Shown here piece after piece: positions 20,848 to 30,934 of a stretch of DNA of 64,000 bases. The translations under genes and the position numbers were made by a program. The notes beneath the pieces are model-generated. The model saw nothing but the letters and a program-made list of their open reading frames with translations, was not told the origin of the DNA and did not search any database. Source of the stretch: Candidatus Poribacteria bacterium (lineage in GTDB: Bacteria > Poribacteria > WGA-4E > WGA-3G); NCBI GenBank assembly GCA_964291315.2, contig OZ219753.1, positions 1,632,001-1,696,000 on the forward strand, in the 5' to 3' direction. How positions within the stretch are numbered: position 1 is the stretch's first letter; every line of letters starts with the position of its first letter.

Positions 20848-21609
20848 ATGAGTAAACTTACGCCCCAAGAATGTCTTGCCCTCGCTGACGTGCTAAGAGA
20901 TACACCGATAACGGTTATTCCTGTGTGCCGCTTGAAACAAGGCACATGCGATGCCTACATTGCTGGTACGTTATCGGACATCACCGCTTCACTCATTTTT
21001 GATGCATTCTGCCCGGAGGAACCGTCTGGCTTTGGTATAGACGCCGAAGCACTGTGGCAACTGCTGAGATCCACTCACGGGTGGAGCTGCATTAACGTAA
21101 ATACCGCATGCGCCAAACCGCTCGGGTCACTTATTGAAGCGGACACCGGACTGCCAGTCCGCTATTATGGCGATGTTTATCACGCCCTCTTAGAACCCGT
21201 TCGTCGACATCTGAGCGAGCCGGTTCGACTTTTAACATTGGAAGATGTCGATCGTTTGGCAAAAGCTCCTGCGGAAGTCCAAGGCAACGGGTATAAAACA
21301 TGTGAGGCAATGATAACAGACGGTATCGCCGCTGGAGCCGTTGTGGACGGTAAAATCGTTGCCATCGCCCATACGTACGCGGCGACGCCCTTGCATGCCG
21401 ACATCGGTGTCTCTACATTGGAAACGTGGCGCCAAAAAGGATTCGCCACTGCTGCGGCAGCCCTTGTCGCTCAAGAACTCCAAGCAAGAGGCAAAGTGCC
21501 TGCTTGGAGTTGTGGAGAAGACAACACGGCTTCGCTTCGTGTGGCGCGAAAACTCGGTTTCACTGAAGTCGCTAGACGCACCTATGTGATCCCGATTTCA
21601 CCAGGATAG
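20848..21609 (+). CDS. GNAT family acetyltransferase
   Basis: DIGVSTLETWRQKGFA, N.ASLRVARKLGF. Confidence 0.82.
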   Translation: MSKLTPQECLALADVLRDTPITVIPVCRLKQGTCDAYIAGTLSDITASLIFDAFCPEEPSGFGIDAEALWQLLRSTHGWSCINVNTACAKPLGSLIEADTGLPVRYYGDVYHALLEPVRRHLSEPVRLLTLEDVDRLAKAPAEVQGNGYKTCEAMITDGIAAGAVVDGKIVAIAHTYAATPLHADIGVSTLETWRQKGFATAAAALVAQELQARGKVPAWSCGEDNTASLRVARKLGFTEVARRTYVIPISPG

Positions 21610-21616
21610 GGCACCA

Positions 21617-22876
21617 TTATCCGAGAGCTTCGTCTACCTTGTTGATAGCAGCTGCCATTCGCTGGGCATGCTTTTCTTGCATATTGACGTTGAATCCGAA
21701 CCGGAGCGCGCGTCCGAGAACGGATAGCGTTTTCGGACACATATCTCGCGAATACGCGACCTTTCCTTTATAGCGTGGATCTTTCCATGGGTACCCTGAT
21801 GCGTCCGGTGAGTGTTTAAATAAAATGGAGTCCCAATAAGTGTAGATGTGGCGATCGGGGAAACCTTCATTGTATGCCGTACCCGCATTAAGTCCCTCTG
21901 CTTTGAGCGCATGGGCGTACTTTTTGGCAAGCTCTGCATCTTTCACGATAATTGCAGCACTGATACCGCAGTCTCCGGTCGGATCATCTACATGTTGCCG
22001 GATATAGCCTTTCGGTGTCTCAGCGAGCTCGGCCATGAACATTTTTTTGAGTCGGCGTGTGTGGTTCAAGATGCCCTCCAATTTTGAAAGCTGCACGCGT
22101 GCGATCGCGCCTAAAATTTCGCTGGTTCGATAGCATTGCCGCGAGAAAGGTTTATTCTGCCACTCAGCATCGCTCATCCACATTGGTAGCCCCGGTTCTG
22201 CAGCGAATGCTGCCCGCTCATACACATCGTAGTTGTCGGTGAAGACAAGGCCCCCTTCGCCGCAAGAGATTACTTTGTAGTAGTTAAGACTCCATGCCCC
22301 TGCCTCGCCCCATGTGCCTGTGTATTTCCCTTTATACTGCCCGCCGACAGACTGACAACAATCTTCAACAACCAAGAGATTGTGCTTCTTCGCAAGTTCG
22401 ACAATCGCCTCAAGCCGACATGGCACTCCTTGCATGTGCACCGGCAAGATGGCTCTGGTATGCGGTGTAATTTTCTGCTCTACATCCGCCACATCTAAAC
22501 CGAGCGAATCATCAATTTCGGCTATGACAGGAATCGCACCTACACCGACGATAGCGGCGGCAGTCGCGATAAACGTATAGCCCGGTACGATCACTTCATC
22601 CCCCGGACCGATGCCGACCCCGGTCAACGCACAGATGATCGCTGAGGTGCCTGAGTTCACCATCAAAGCATATTTGGTGCCGAGATGTGCTGCTGCTTCC
22701 TTCTCAAAATTGGCTACATTTGAATCTTCAACAAACCGAAAGAGTTTCTTACTGCGCAAGACCTCTGTCACCGCGTTGATCTCACGGTCATCTATTAAAC
22801 TGGGGCCGTGCATTCCGCCCGGTATCGGTTCTGTGATAACCGGTGTGCCGCCATCTATTGCTAAGCGTTCTGCCAT
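21617..22876 (-). CDS. DegT/DnrJ/EryC1/StrS aminotransferase
   Basis: VNSGTSA, GPGDEVIVP, VEDCCQ, SLNYYKVISCGEGG. Confidence 0.9.
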   Translation of the reverse strand: MAERLAIDGGTPVITEPIPGGMHGPSLIDDREINAVTEVLRSKKLFRFVEDSNVANFEKEAAAHLGTKYALMVNSGTSAIICALTGVGIGPGDEVIVPGYTFIATAAAIVGVGAIPVIAEIDDSLGLDVADVEQKITPHTRAILPVHMQGVPCRLEAIVELAKKHNLLVVEDCCQSVGGQYKGKYTGTWGEAGAWSLNYYKVISCGEGGLVFTDNYDVYERAAFAAEPGLPMWMSDAEWQNKPFSRQCYRTSEILGAIARVQLSKLEGILNHTRRLKKMFMAELAETPKGYIRQHVDDPTGDCGISAAIIVKDAELAKKYAHALKAEGLNAGTAYNEGFPDRHIYTYWDSILFKHSPDASGYPWKDPRYKGKVAYSRDMCPKTLSVLGRALRFGFNVNMQEKHAQRMAAAINKVDEALG

Positions 22877-23064
22877 TACTCCTCCTTCACAATCAATGTA
22901 ATACACGAAATGGACTTATCCTCTTCTCAGACCAAATTTGAAAAAGTGCGAGTATAGGGACACTCTACCAGATATATCTCTATTTGTCAATCGTGTTTTC
23001 TAACTGCTGTTTGCAGATAGCTATCTTGTAAGCCGGCTCCAAACCCTGATTCCTCATGGCCCAA

Positions 23065-24012
23065 CTACCTATGCCACCACGGTTTTTTGCCTTGATACGA
23101 TGCTAGGAGTTTTGAAATCGCGCGCGCCTTTTTGTTTAGACGCAGTACGTTCTCACACGCTTCAACCACCTTCTGTTTGATGTCCTCGTCTTGAGTGGTC
23201 TGATAGGCGTGATGATAGCTCCGCGCGACAGCGGTATAGTACGTTTCAGGAGCTACAACGTCAGGCACTTCAGCAGGCAATCTTGCAAGCATCTCCACCG
23301 CCGCTTCCCATGCCTCTGCTTCGGTATAACAGACCAGCTGCTGGCAGCGCAGCTGCTCCTGCAAAGGATCAAGCCAGAGCGCCTGCTCATAACACAGTAA
23401 CGCCTCTGTGTAAGCTCCATTGTCAACGTGCAACTGGGCGAGTTCGGAATAGAACACGTACAACCCGCGCTCCGTTATCGTATAGAGCGACACCCCGGTA
23501 CTGACAAGCCAATCTTTTTCCAGAAGAAACTCTATTGCTGAGTTCCGTTCTTCCTCTGTGATCTGGATGTCAGTAAGGAGATGTTTGGCAACAGCGGCGT
23601 TTGGAAAGATTTTGGTGCGACTTTTGAGCAGCGGATAGGCTTGGACAGATTTATCCATAGATATGAGTTTAATCCCCGTAGCGATACGGAAAAGAGATAC
23701 GATCTGATCGCTATTTTGGCGGGACATCTGATCAGCAACCGACTCTCGATTCTCTGAAAAATAGAGATTCAACTCAGCCATGGCGTTTCGGATAACCGGG
23801 TCGCTTGGCGAGAGTTGATGAGCTTTCGCTAAAAACCGTTGTGCTACGAAAAGCTCCCCCCACGTCCGGTAGATCATGCCAAGCTTAAAGTTCGCTAGTG
23901 CAAGAATAGCTGTTTCATCCGGCATCTTAAGGATGTTCTCGTAAGCTTGAACGGCTTCGTTCAACCTGTTTTCTGTTTCTAACCGCTGTGCATCCGTGAT
24001 TGAATTTGGCAT
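23065..24012 (-). CDS. tetratricopeptide repeat protein
   Basis: A.FKLGMIY...A...L.KA..L.P and EALLCYEQALWLDP TPR patterns. Confidence 0.75.
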   Translation of the reverse strand: MPNSITDAQRLETENRLNEAVQAYENILKMPDETAILALANFKLGMIYRTWGELFVAQRFLAKAHQLSPSDPVIRNAMAELNLYFSENRESVADQMSRQNSDQIVSLFRIATGIKLISMDKSVQAYPLLKSRTKIFPNAAVAKHLLTDIQITEEERNSAIEFLLEKDWLVSTGVSLYTITERGLYVFYSELAQLHVDNGAYTEALLCYEQALWLDPLQEQLRCQQLVCYTEAEAWEAAVEMLARLPAEVPDVVAPETYYTAVARSYHHAYQTTQDEDIKQKVVEACENVLRLNKKARAISKLLASYQGKKPWWHR

Positions 24013-24101
24013 GATATATATTTCCTTGAAGACGGTCTGAGCCAGGGAGTATCCTTCAGTATTCTGTTATAGCGAAGCAGGTTAAACGCAGTGCCACTGG
24101 C

Positions 24102-24320
24102 CTACCCAGCCGGTTCTGACATCCACTTCTCTGTTGCCACTGCAAATTCTTTGGACAGTTCTTCAGAAACAGTCTGTTCCAAGAGTTGAATGACATCCTC
24201 ACGGAATTTAATCCAGTCATCCCCGCGGCGAGTAAACCGGTGCCTGTCTTCAATTTCAATAAACATCGTGTCGTTTGGGTTGGTCATAGATTCAAAATAA
24301 CGTCTAACATTCATAGTCAT
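24102..24320 (-). CDS. small hypothetical protein
   Basis: 72-aa ORF with purine-rich RBS, co-oriented with neighbours, natural composition. Confidence 0.55.
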   Translation of the reverse strand: MTMNVRRYFESMTNPNDTMFIEIEDRHRFTRRGDDWIKFREDVIQLLEQTVSEELSKEFAVATEKWMSEPAG

Positions 24321-24453
24321 CTCTCTTTTTCATTCGCTGTCGGTTTCTAGTTTTCGGAAACCGCTAGTAATTTGTTTGTAATATCCGCAGTCCGTTACTG
24401 TCTGCTATGGGCTGACAAATGTTGAGAGGGTTGCCTGGGGCCCAACTGCTTGT

Positions 24454-25134
24454 CTATAGCCACTCGTGCATCTCCCAACCAGATGCAACTGCTTTCTGGC
24501 GGAGTCTTTTCCCTGGGTTGACGGCAACCGGGTTTCCAACGCATTCTAGCATCGGCAAATCCGATCGACTATCGCTGTAAGCGTAACTTTCTTTCAGCGA
24601 AATTTCATGTTGTTCAGCAAAAATTTGCATCATTTCTGCTTTCCGCTCTCCAATGAGCGGGGCGGTTGTGAGTTCACCAGTAAACCGACCCCCCTCCTCG
24701 CGGAGTTGCGGAGCTAGTACCGCATCAACGGAGAGATAATCCGCAATGGGCTGGACAATAAAATCGAGAGAACCGGTCACGAGAACTATTGCTGTGCCTT
24801 GTTGTTGGTGCTCCTGAATCTGCGATACCGCTTCGGAGAATATTTTTAGACGGAGGTAGGTCTCAAACATCTCCACTGATAACGCTTTAACCTCGGCAGC
24901 GTCCATGCCACGATAGTTCCGATAGAATACTTCGTTGAAACGGGTTCGGCTTATCCTATCTAAAATTAGATAGTAAGCGATTTTGGGGAGAAACGCGAGG
25001 AGCCATATTGGTTTCAGGAGGCGCGGCACCTTAACAGAACGCAGCCAAACATAGTAATGCACAATTGTGGACCTCAACAAAGTGCCATCTACATCGAAAA
25101 ATGCAACTGTTTTTTGTGCGTTTAGATTCAGCAT
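24454..25134 (-). CDS. HAD-IB family hydrolase (SerB-like)
   Basis: AFFDVDGTL, LVTGS, AYSDSRSDLPML..VGNP.AVNP. Confidence 0.9.
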   Translation of the reverse strand: MLNLNAQKTVAFFDVDGTLLRSTIVHYYVWLRSVKVPRLLKPIWLLAFLPKIAYYLILDRISRTRFNEVFYRNYRGMDAAEVKALSVEMFETYLRLKIFSEAVSQIQEHQQQGTAIVLVTGSLDFIVQPIADYLSVDAVLAPQLREEGGRFTGELTTAPLIGERKAEMMQIFAEQHEISLKESYAYSDSRSDLPMLECVGNPVAVNPGKRLRQKAVASGWEMHEWL

Positions 25135-25185
25135 ATTTTTAACTGCGGTACGCTGTTGCTATGGGGCCCAATTCAGAGTCAAGTG

Positions 25186-28100
25186 TTAAAGCCCTTGTTT
25201 CAACACCGCTCCAAGTTCAGCAACGCGGTGTTGTGCCAGCTCCAAGAATTCCTGATATTTTTCTGGATCAAGCGGGCTTTCACAGCGCGCACCTCCAGCT
25301 GTTGATGGAAATATGAGCGGTTCTCCAAAAATGATGTGAACAGGGTGTCTCCTCGGAAAATTCTGCCCCTTCGGCAAGGCGCGATAGGTGCCATAAATAT
25401 AGGCCGGTATAATAGGAACGTTGGGGTCGTAGATGAGCAGGCTGAGTATTCCCGGTTTGAACGGTTGCAGATTACCGTCAAGGGAACGTGTCCCCTCAGG
25501 GAAGATAAGTAGGCCGTTATGTTGCGCCATCACGTCATTTGCTGTCCTGAGATCCTGTAGAAATTCGGTAAAATTGCCCTCTCGCTCTATCGGCAGCGCG
25601 TTGAGGCATGTCCGAGCGAACCAGCCTTGGAAACGGGTTGCAAACCAATAATCCCGCGCAGCGAGCGTCCAGAGCTGGTATGCCCGTTTTCCGAGGGCGC
25701 TAATGACCGCCAACGTATCCAGATGGCTGGTGTGGTTGGGCATAATGATATACGGTCTCCCTTGCGGGATATGCTCAAGACCGTGGCATTGCAATGAGAA
25801 ATAGTTCCTATAGATGCCAATAATCAGAGCGCGGAAAGCGCGCGCGTACCACGGAGGGATTTGTTTCAACGCCAACGTCTCGGTTTCGCCCTCGGGGTTT
25901 GTCTGTTTCACACTGTTCACTTGAAACGTCTCAACTAGCTTGATAACATCGCCTACCGTTTCCAAGTCTGCAAGTAACGCGTCCGGAATTGTTGCACCCA
26001 GTTTCGCTTCGAGGACCAACAACAGATCAAGCCGCCTCAGAGAATCGAGCCCCAAGTCGATATCCAAGCGACTCTTTAAATGGACTTGATGTACTGGCAT
26101 ACGTGCCAACCGAGCGAAGGTAGAGAGCATTTCTTCCGGAATATCAGTATGTGGTGAGGCAGATTCCGTGGTACTCGTTTCTGCTTCAGTATTTTCATGA
26201 GAGCGTTCTGCGTTTTCAAGATGCTTTTGTAAAAGATGCTTCAGGCGCTGCCGATCTATGTCTCCCGTCTCAGTCTTTGGTAGGGTATCCTCCCAGAAAT
26301 GGAATTTGTGAAATTGCTGATAGCTCGGGAGCTGCTTTGCCTGTATTTGAAGGTGGTGCTGGATCGCCTTTTTTGTTGCCTCTTCGGGCGATGTCGGCAC
26401 AATCACGGCATGGATAGCTGTATCAGAGCCGTCCTCGTAAGGAATACCGACAACGCATATTTCAGAGATAGCCGGACTGTTCCGATAAAGCACTTCTAAT
26501 TCGACAGGATAGACATTTTTTCCGGAAGCAGGAACGATAACGTCTTTACAGTGTCCGGTGAGGTAGAGGTAGCCGTCCGCGTCCATATATCCAAGGTCGC
26601 CTGTATGGAGCCAACCGTTTCGAACTGCTGCTGCTGTAGCGTCCGGGTTTTGATAGTAGGCCTTCATTGTACTTGGTCCCCTTGCGATAATCTCTCCAAC
26701 CCCGTCTTCAGATGGGCTTTCAATTTCGAGTTCCACCCCCGTTACCGCGGGTCCGACGGAACCGCGCTTACTCTTTAGGTATGGATTCACAGTGAGAACA
26801 GGGGCTGTCTCAGTCATACCGTAGCCTTGGTAGATTGTCATCCCAAACTTCTGGAACCCGTCATAAGTTGCATCGGAAAGTGAAGCGCCACCACTCACAA
26901 GCACGCGAATCTCGCCCCCCATAATAGATTTGACCCTTTCCTCCAAAGTTTCGCCCGCCGTGTCTTCGCGCGCCGCTTGTCGTTCAATCGTACCGTGAAG
27001 CAGCTGAAAAAGGCGTGGCACACCGATGAAGGCTGTTGTTTTTGCTTCACGCATCGTCTTCAGAAGTGTGGTTGGACGGAGCGTATTGACATAGACCGCC
27101 GTGGTGCCGCTGTAGAGTGCCATCAACAAGCTGCATGAAAAGCTCAAGGCGTGGTACAGGGGGAGTGCCGACAAGATGCGTTCTGTGTCTGTCGGCGGGA
27201 GTGCTTTTGCGACTGCCTGCACGTTGGAGAGAAAACCACCATGCGTGAGCACCGCGCCTTTAGGATCAACAGTGGTGCCCATTGTGAAGATAATAGAAGC
27301 CACGGTATCAGCGGATATTTCCACATTCGGAAAATCGGCAGCAACCTCAATAGGCAGCTCGCTGTTCCCCGCAGATTCAGATCCGACAGCTTCGCAGCTT
27401 CTATTGATGTTTTGTAACATCGTCTCTGCTGCTAATAAAGCCGCACCGGACTTCTCTAGGACAGCATCGGAAACTAAAATTGATTTTGCACTAGTGAATG
27501 CAGCAATTGCCAAGATTTCGCGGGTAGGTGTCTGGGCATCAAGCGGCACCACAGCCAATCCAATCTGCACAGCTGCAAGGTAGGCGATACACCATTCGGG
27601 CTGGTTCTCAGAGACCAACACCACGCGATCTTCTTTACACAACCCGCTTTTCGATAAGCGCCACGCGACTTGGCGCGACAACGTATAGGTTTCCGCGTAA
27701 GTATACTCTTTCCAGTCGCCCTCGTTCACCATCTGCAGGGCGATTTTATTCGGAATTCGTGAGGCCTGCATTTTAATCAGGTCTACAATCGTTTTGGGGA
27801 ACGTTTGTTTAGGTTTATCCGTTGTTGTATTATGTTTTCGTTGGGCGGGTGTACCGGACTCCTCTGATTCTTCCTCTGTGTCTACTTTACCCGCTTTTGT
27901 CTCCGACTCATCCGCAGCGCTGTCCTCAATCTTCAGCACATGCCTTTTGATACCGGGAATATGAATCTCTTGAAAATATCGCTTCCAATGGATTTTCGAG
28001 ACATCGAAGTTAAAACGCTGCTGCTCTGTAGGTGAGAGTGCTTTGTAGAGTCTTTGCATTTTCTCTGTTTCAAATTCAAAGTTGGTTCGAGTGTAGGGGG

Positions 28101-29511
28101 CGTAGATTCGGATGTAATGCAAGAGTGCCTTGAGTCCGTTCTGCTTCAAGATAAGTTGTCGGCGTTTCCGTTTGGCAGCCCGTATTTGAAGGCGGCCAAG
28201 CATTTGTGTCATAAACTCAAGGAAACGCATACGATTGTCCAATTTCTGTCGGAATTCTTCTAAGCTCGGATATTTCCAAATAGGTACAGCGATTGGTTTT
28301 CCGTTTTCCAGCATCGGGTTTTTAACGAAGTAGTCGTGAGTGGCTTCAAAGATATCGCGAAAGTGGAGCGGGTTCTGTGTTCCAGTTGCGATATGATACA
28401 CCTCAATACCGCCACGTCTTGCGGTCGCCTCCGCAGCTGCTAAGATGGCGTTCACAACAAAGTCAACAGGGATAATGTCCAGAATTATATCCGGATCCGC
28501 GGGGAAATCGGGGAGACGTCCCTTCGCGAAACCGACGATTAACGGTTCCGACATGCGGAATTTCCCAAGCCATCCAGGTTTAGGTTCATCGAAGCTGCTC
28601 TCAATAATCGAGGGGCGCACGATAGCGGTCGGGAGATCACCGCGCAATTCCATGACCATCTGCTCGGCGAGGAATTTCATGTAGGTATATGTATCGTTCC
28701 AACCCCGCATGCGTGCATGCTTTAATCCCGCCTCCACCAAACGATTCTCAAGCCACTCTGTTTTTAATTCCTTAATTCTTGATTCTAGCCCCTTTTGAGT
28801 TCCTGTTTTCGTTTGTTCGGCTTTTCGCTGGAAACGTTCGAGGTTTTCGGGGGCATCGGCTTCAGCGCGGATAGCGTCACTCAACACTAGCAGCTTGTCA
28901 ATCTCTTCGGAGAGCGTCTGTGGAACAGTCGTGCTGGTTTTTTCCTGATATTCCGCTGTACACTCTACATAGGGCGGAGGTAATTCCTCGGGAACCCGTC
29001 CGGGTTTGTCCCCGCAAACATAAGCGGTTGAGACGTGCAAAAATATTGCGTCACGACACCCCTTTGCAAAGTTGACAACGTGCTTAGCTGCGAGGGCATT
29101 TCCCCAGAGCGAATCATCGAATGGGGGATCAAACTGCACAAGCCCCGCAATGTTGATAAAAACCTGTACTTCATTTTGGAGACGTTGATATTCCGTGTCG
29201 CTGAATCCGAGACGTTCATCGGTAAGTTCCCCTTCAACTGCAGTCAGTTTTTCTTGTGCCCAAGTGTCAAAGTGTTTGCCGTGCAAGCGGCGGAGCGGTG
29301 CGAAAACAGCTGAGGTGAGAAGTTCTTTTTCTAGGCGCTCTTGAGCGGAGATCTGTTTTCCATTTGCATGTGTGCGGTTTCGAATGAGAAGATAGATTTT
29401 TCGGACATCGGGGAGTGCTGTCAAAATCTTTGCTACCATCGGTTGCCCCAAAAATGCAGTACCACCGGTGATGAGTAGAGCTTTTCCTCGAAAAAAATCA
29501 GTTATTGACAT
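25186..29511 (-). CDS. multidomain fatty acyl-CoA reductase / adenylation / ACP / PlsC acyltransferase (ElbD-like)
   Basis: ITGGTAFLG and YTYMK (FAR); FTMGTTVDPKG, GYGMTE, WLHTGDLG (adenylation); DLGLDSL (ACP); NHTSHLD and FPEGTRS (PlsC). Confidence 0.88.
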   Translation of the reverse strand: MSITDFFRGKALLITGGTAFLGQPMVAKILTALPDVRKIYLLIRNRTHANGKQISAQERLEKELLTSAVFAPLRRLHGKHFDTWAQEKLTAVEGELTDERLGFSDTEYQRLQNEVQVFINIAGLVQFDPPFDDSLWGNALAAKHVVNFAKGCRDAIFLHVSTAYVCGDKPGRVPEELPPPYVECTAEYQEKTSTTVPQTLSEEIDKLLVLSDAIRAEADAPENLERFQRKAEQTKTGTQKGLESRIKELKTEWLENRLVEAGLKHARMRGWNDTYTYMKFLAEQMVMELRGDLPTAIVRPSIIESSFDEPKPGWLGKFRMSEPLIVGFAKGRLPDFPADPDIILDIIPVDFVVNAILAAAEATARRGGIEVYHIATGTQNPLHFRDIFEATHDYFVKNPMLENGKPIAVPIWKYPSLEEFRQKLDNRMRFLEFMTQMLGRLQIRAAKRKRRQLILKQNGLKALLHYIRIYAPYTRTNFEFETEKMQRLYKALSPTEQQRFNFDVSKIHWKRYFQEIHIPGIKRHVLKIEDSAADESETKAGKVDTEEESEESGTPAQRKHNTTTDKPKQTFPKTIVDLIKMQASRIPNKIALQMVNEGDWKEYTYAETYTLSRQVAWRLSKSGLCKEDRVVLVSENQPEWCIAYLAAVQIGLAVVPLDAQTPTREILAIAAFTSAKSILVSDAVLEKSGAALLAAETMLQNINRSCEAVGSESAGNSELPIEVAADFPNVEISADTVASIIFTMGTTVDPKGAVLTHGGFLSNVQAVAKALPPTDTERILSALPLYHALSFSCSLLMALYSGTTAVYVNTLRPTTLLKTMREAKTTAFIGVPRLFQLLHGTIERQAAREDTAGETLEERVKSIMGGEIRVLVSGGASLSDATYDGFQKFGMTIYQGYGMTETAPVLTVNPYLKSKRGSVGPAVTGVELEIESPSEDGVGEIIARGPSTMKAYYQNPDATAAAVRNGWLHTGDLGYMDADGYLYLTGHCKDVIVPASGKNVYPVELEVLYRNSPAISEICVVGIPYEDGSDTAIHAVIVPTSPEEATKKAIQHHLQIQAKQLPSYQQFHKFHFWEDTLPKTETGDIDRQRLKHLLQKHLENAERSHENTEAETSTTESASPHTDIPEEMLSTFARLARMPVHQVHLKSRLDIDLGLDSLRRLDLLLVLEAKLGATIPDALLADLETVGDVIKLVETFQVNSVKQTNPEGETETLALKQIPPWYARAFRALIIGIYRNYFSLQCHGLEHIPQGRPYIIMPNHTSHLDTLAVISALGKRAYQLWTLAARDYWFATRFQGWFARTCLNALPIEREGNFTEFLQDLRTANDVMAQHNGLLIFPEGTRSLDGNLQPFKPGILSLLIYDPNVPIIPAYIYGTYRALPKGQNFPRRHPVHIIFGEPLIFPSTAGGARCESPLDPEKYQEFLELAQHRVAELGAVLKQGL

Positions 29512-29686
29512 AATTTCCTTTACAGTGGCATGAGAAATACTTAAAATATATAGCACAAAGTCTCGGGCGCTTGCATTGTTTTCAACTTATATTCTTAAAT
29601 TTCGTCTAATTGATTTTACTATACAGCAATTTTGCCCATGATTTTAACATATCTTCTATAAAAAGTCAAAGGTTCAACACACGACG

Positions 29687-30886
29687 ATGTTAGCAGAAGA
29701 AAACAAGTTGCAATTTTTGCAAAAAACAGAACTTTTTTCGGAACTTCCAGCCATAGAATTAAAAGCGATCTCTCAAATTGCGAGCGAGGTCGATTATCCT
29801 GGTGGGTCAACCCTATTTGAGGAGGGCGACGAAGGCGATTCGCTCTACCTTATTGTTGATGGCAAAGTCTGTATCATCAAGGCAGGAACCGAGGTCCTGT
29901 TCTTCGATGAGAAAGGTTACTGTATCGGTGAAATCGCCCTGATTGACAACAAACCGCGGAGCGCTACTGTTAAAACGGTGACACCGACACAGTTCCTGCG
30001 CATTACGCGAAACGACTTTTACAACGCAATGGCGCGCGAACCCCGAATCGGCAGCGGCATGTTTCGCGTTCTAAATGATAAAATTCGACGGGACCTTGAA
30101 ATTCAGATGAGCGCTATCCGCAAAGAGATCGCTCAAGAAGAATCAATGCGTTTCGCTGCTGAAGTCCAGCAGTCTCTGCTTCCAAACCAAGAAATTTCGC
30201 ACCCGTGCGTCAGTACAGCCGGGTATTGCCGGCCCGCAAACAGTGTCGGCGGCGATTATTACGATTATTTCAACCTTTCTGAAAACCGGGTTGCACTTTT
30301 TATCGGCGACGTTATGGGACACGGGTATCACTCAGCAATGTTGGCGGCAATGATGAAGAGCTGCCTGCAAACGCAGATTAGGTTTGACGCTTCCGTGCCA
30401 GAAGTCATGAAGGCTATCACACGGGTCGCAGAAGAGGATTCACAAGCCTTTATCTATATTACTTCTTGCTACCTGATTATTCACCCCGACCATCGATTGG
30501 AATATGCTAACGCTGGACATCCACAGATGCTGCTCTACCGCGCAGAATCGAACTGCACCCCTAGTGAAGCCCAAGAACCGTTTGAGTTGGAATCCTCGTT
30601 CCTCCCCGTTGGTATCTCGCTGTCCTTCGCACCCCAACAATATTACAGCACCGAGGTGGCATGGTATCCCGGCGATTTACTTGTCCTTTATTCAGACGGT
30701 ATCACTGAAGCATTCAATCCTAACGCTGAACTCTATGGATTAGAACGTCTGAAAGCACTGGTTTCCAAAAAGCGGCATCTGGCTCCTGAGGAGATCAAGA
30801 ACGAGATTCTGTCAGACCTTCAGGCACATCAACAAGACGAAAGCGCCAACGATGATATCACATTGATCGTAGCAAAGTTTATGTAG
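29687..30886 (+). CDS. cNMP-binding domain + SpoIIE/PP2C phosphatase
   Basis: GEIALIDNKPRSAT; VGGDYYD, IGDVMGHG, YSDGITEA, DDIT. Confidence 0.9.
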   Translation: MLAEENKLQFLQKTELFSELPAIELKAISQIASEVDYPGGSTLFEEGDEGDSLYLIVDGKVCIIKAGTEVLFFDEKGYCIGEIALIDNKPRSATVKTVTPTQFLRITRNDFYNAMAREPRIGSGMFRVLNDKIRRDLEIQMSAIRKEIAQEESMRFAAEVQQSLLPNQEISHPCVSTAGYCRPANSVGGDYYDYFNLSENRVALFIGDVMGHGYHSAMLAAMMKSCLQTQIRFDASVPEVMKAITRVAEEDSQAFIYITSCYLIIHPDHRLEYANAGHPQMLLYRAESNCTPSEAQEPFELESSFLPVGISLSFAPQQYYSTEVAWYPGDLLVLYSDGITEAFNPNAELYGLERLKALVSKKRHLAPEEIKNEILSDLQAHQQDESANDDITLIVAKFM

Positions 30887-30934
30887 GCAGGCCCGCATCT
30901 AAAACTAGAAATCAGATACATCAAAAAACCGCAG

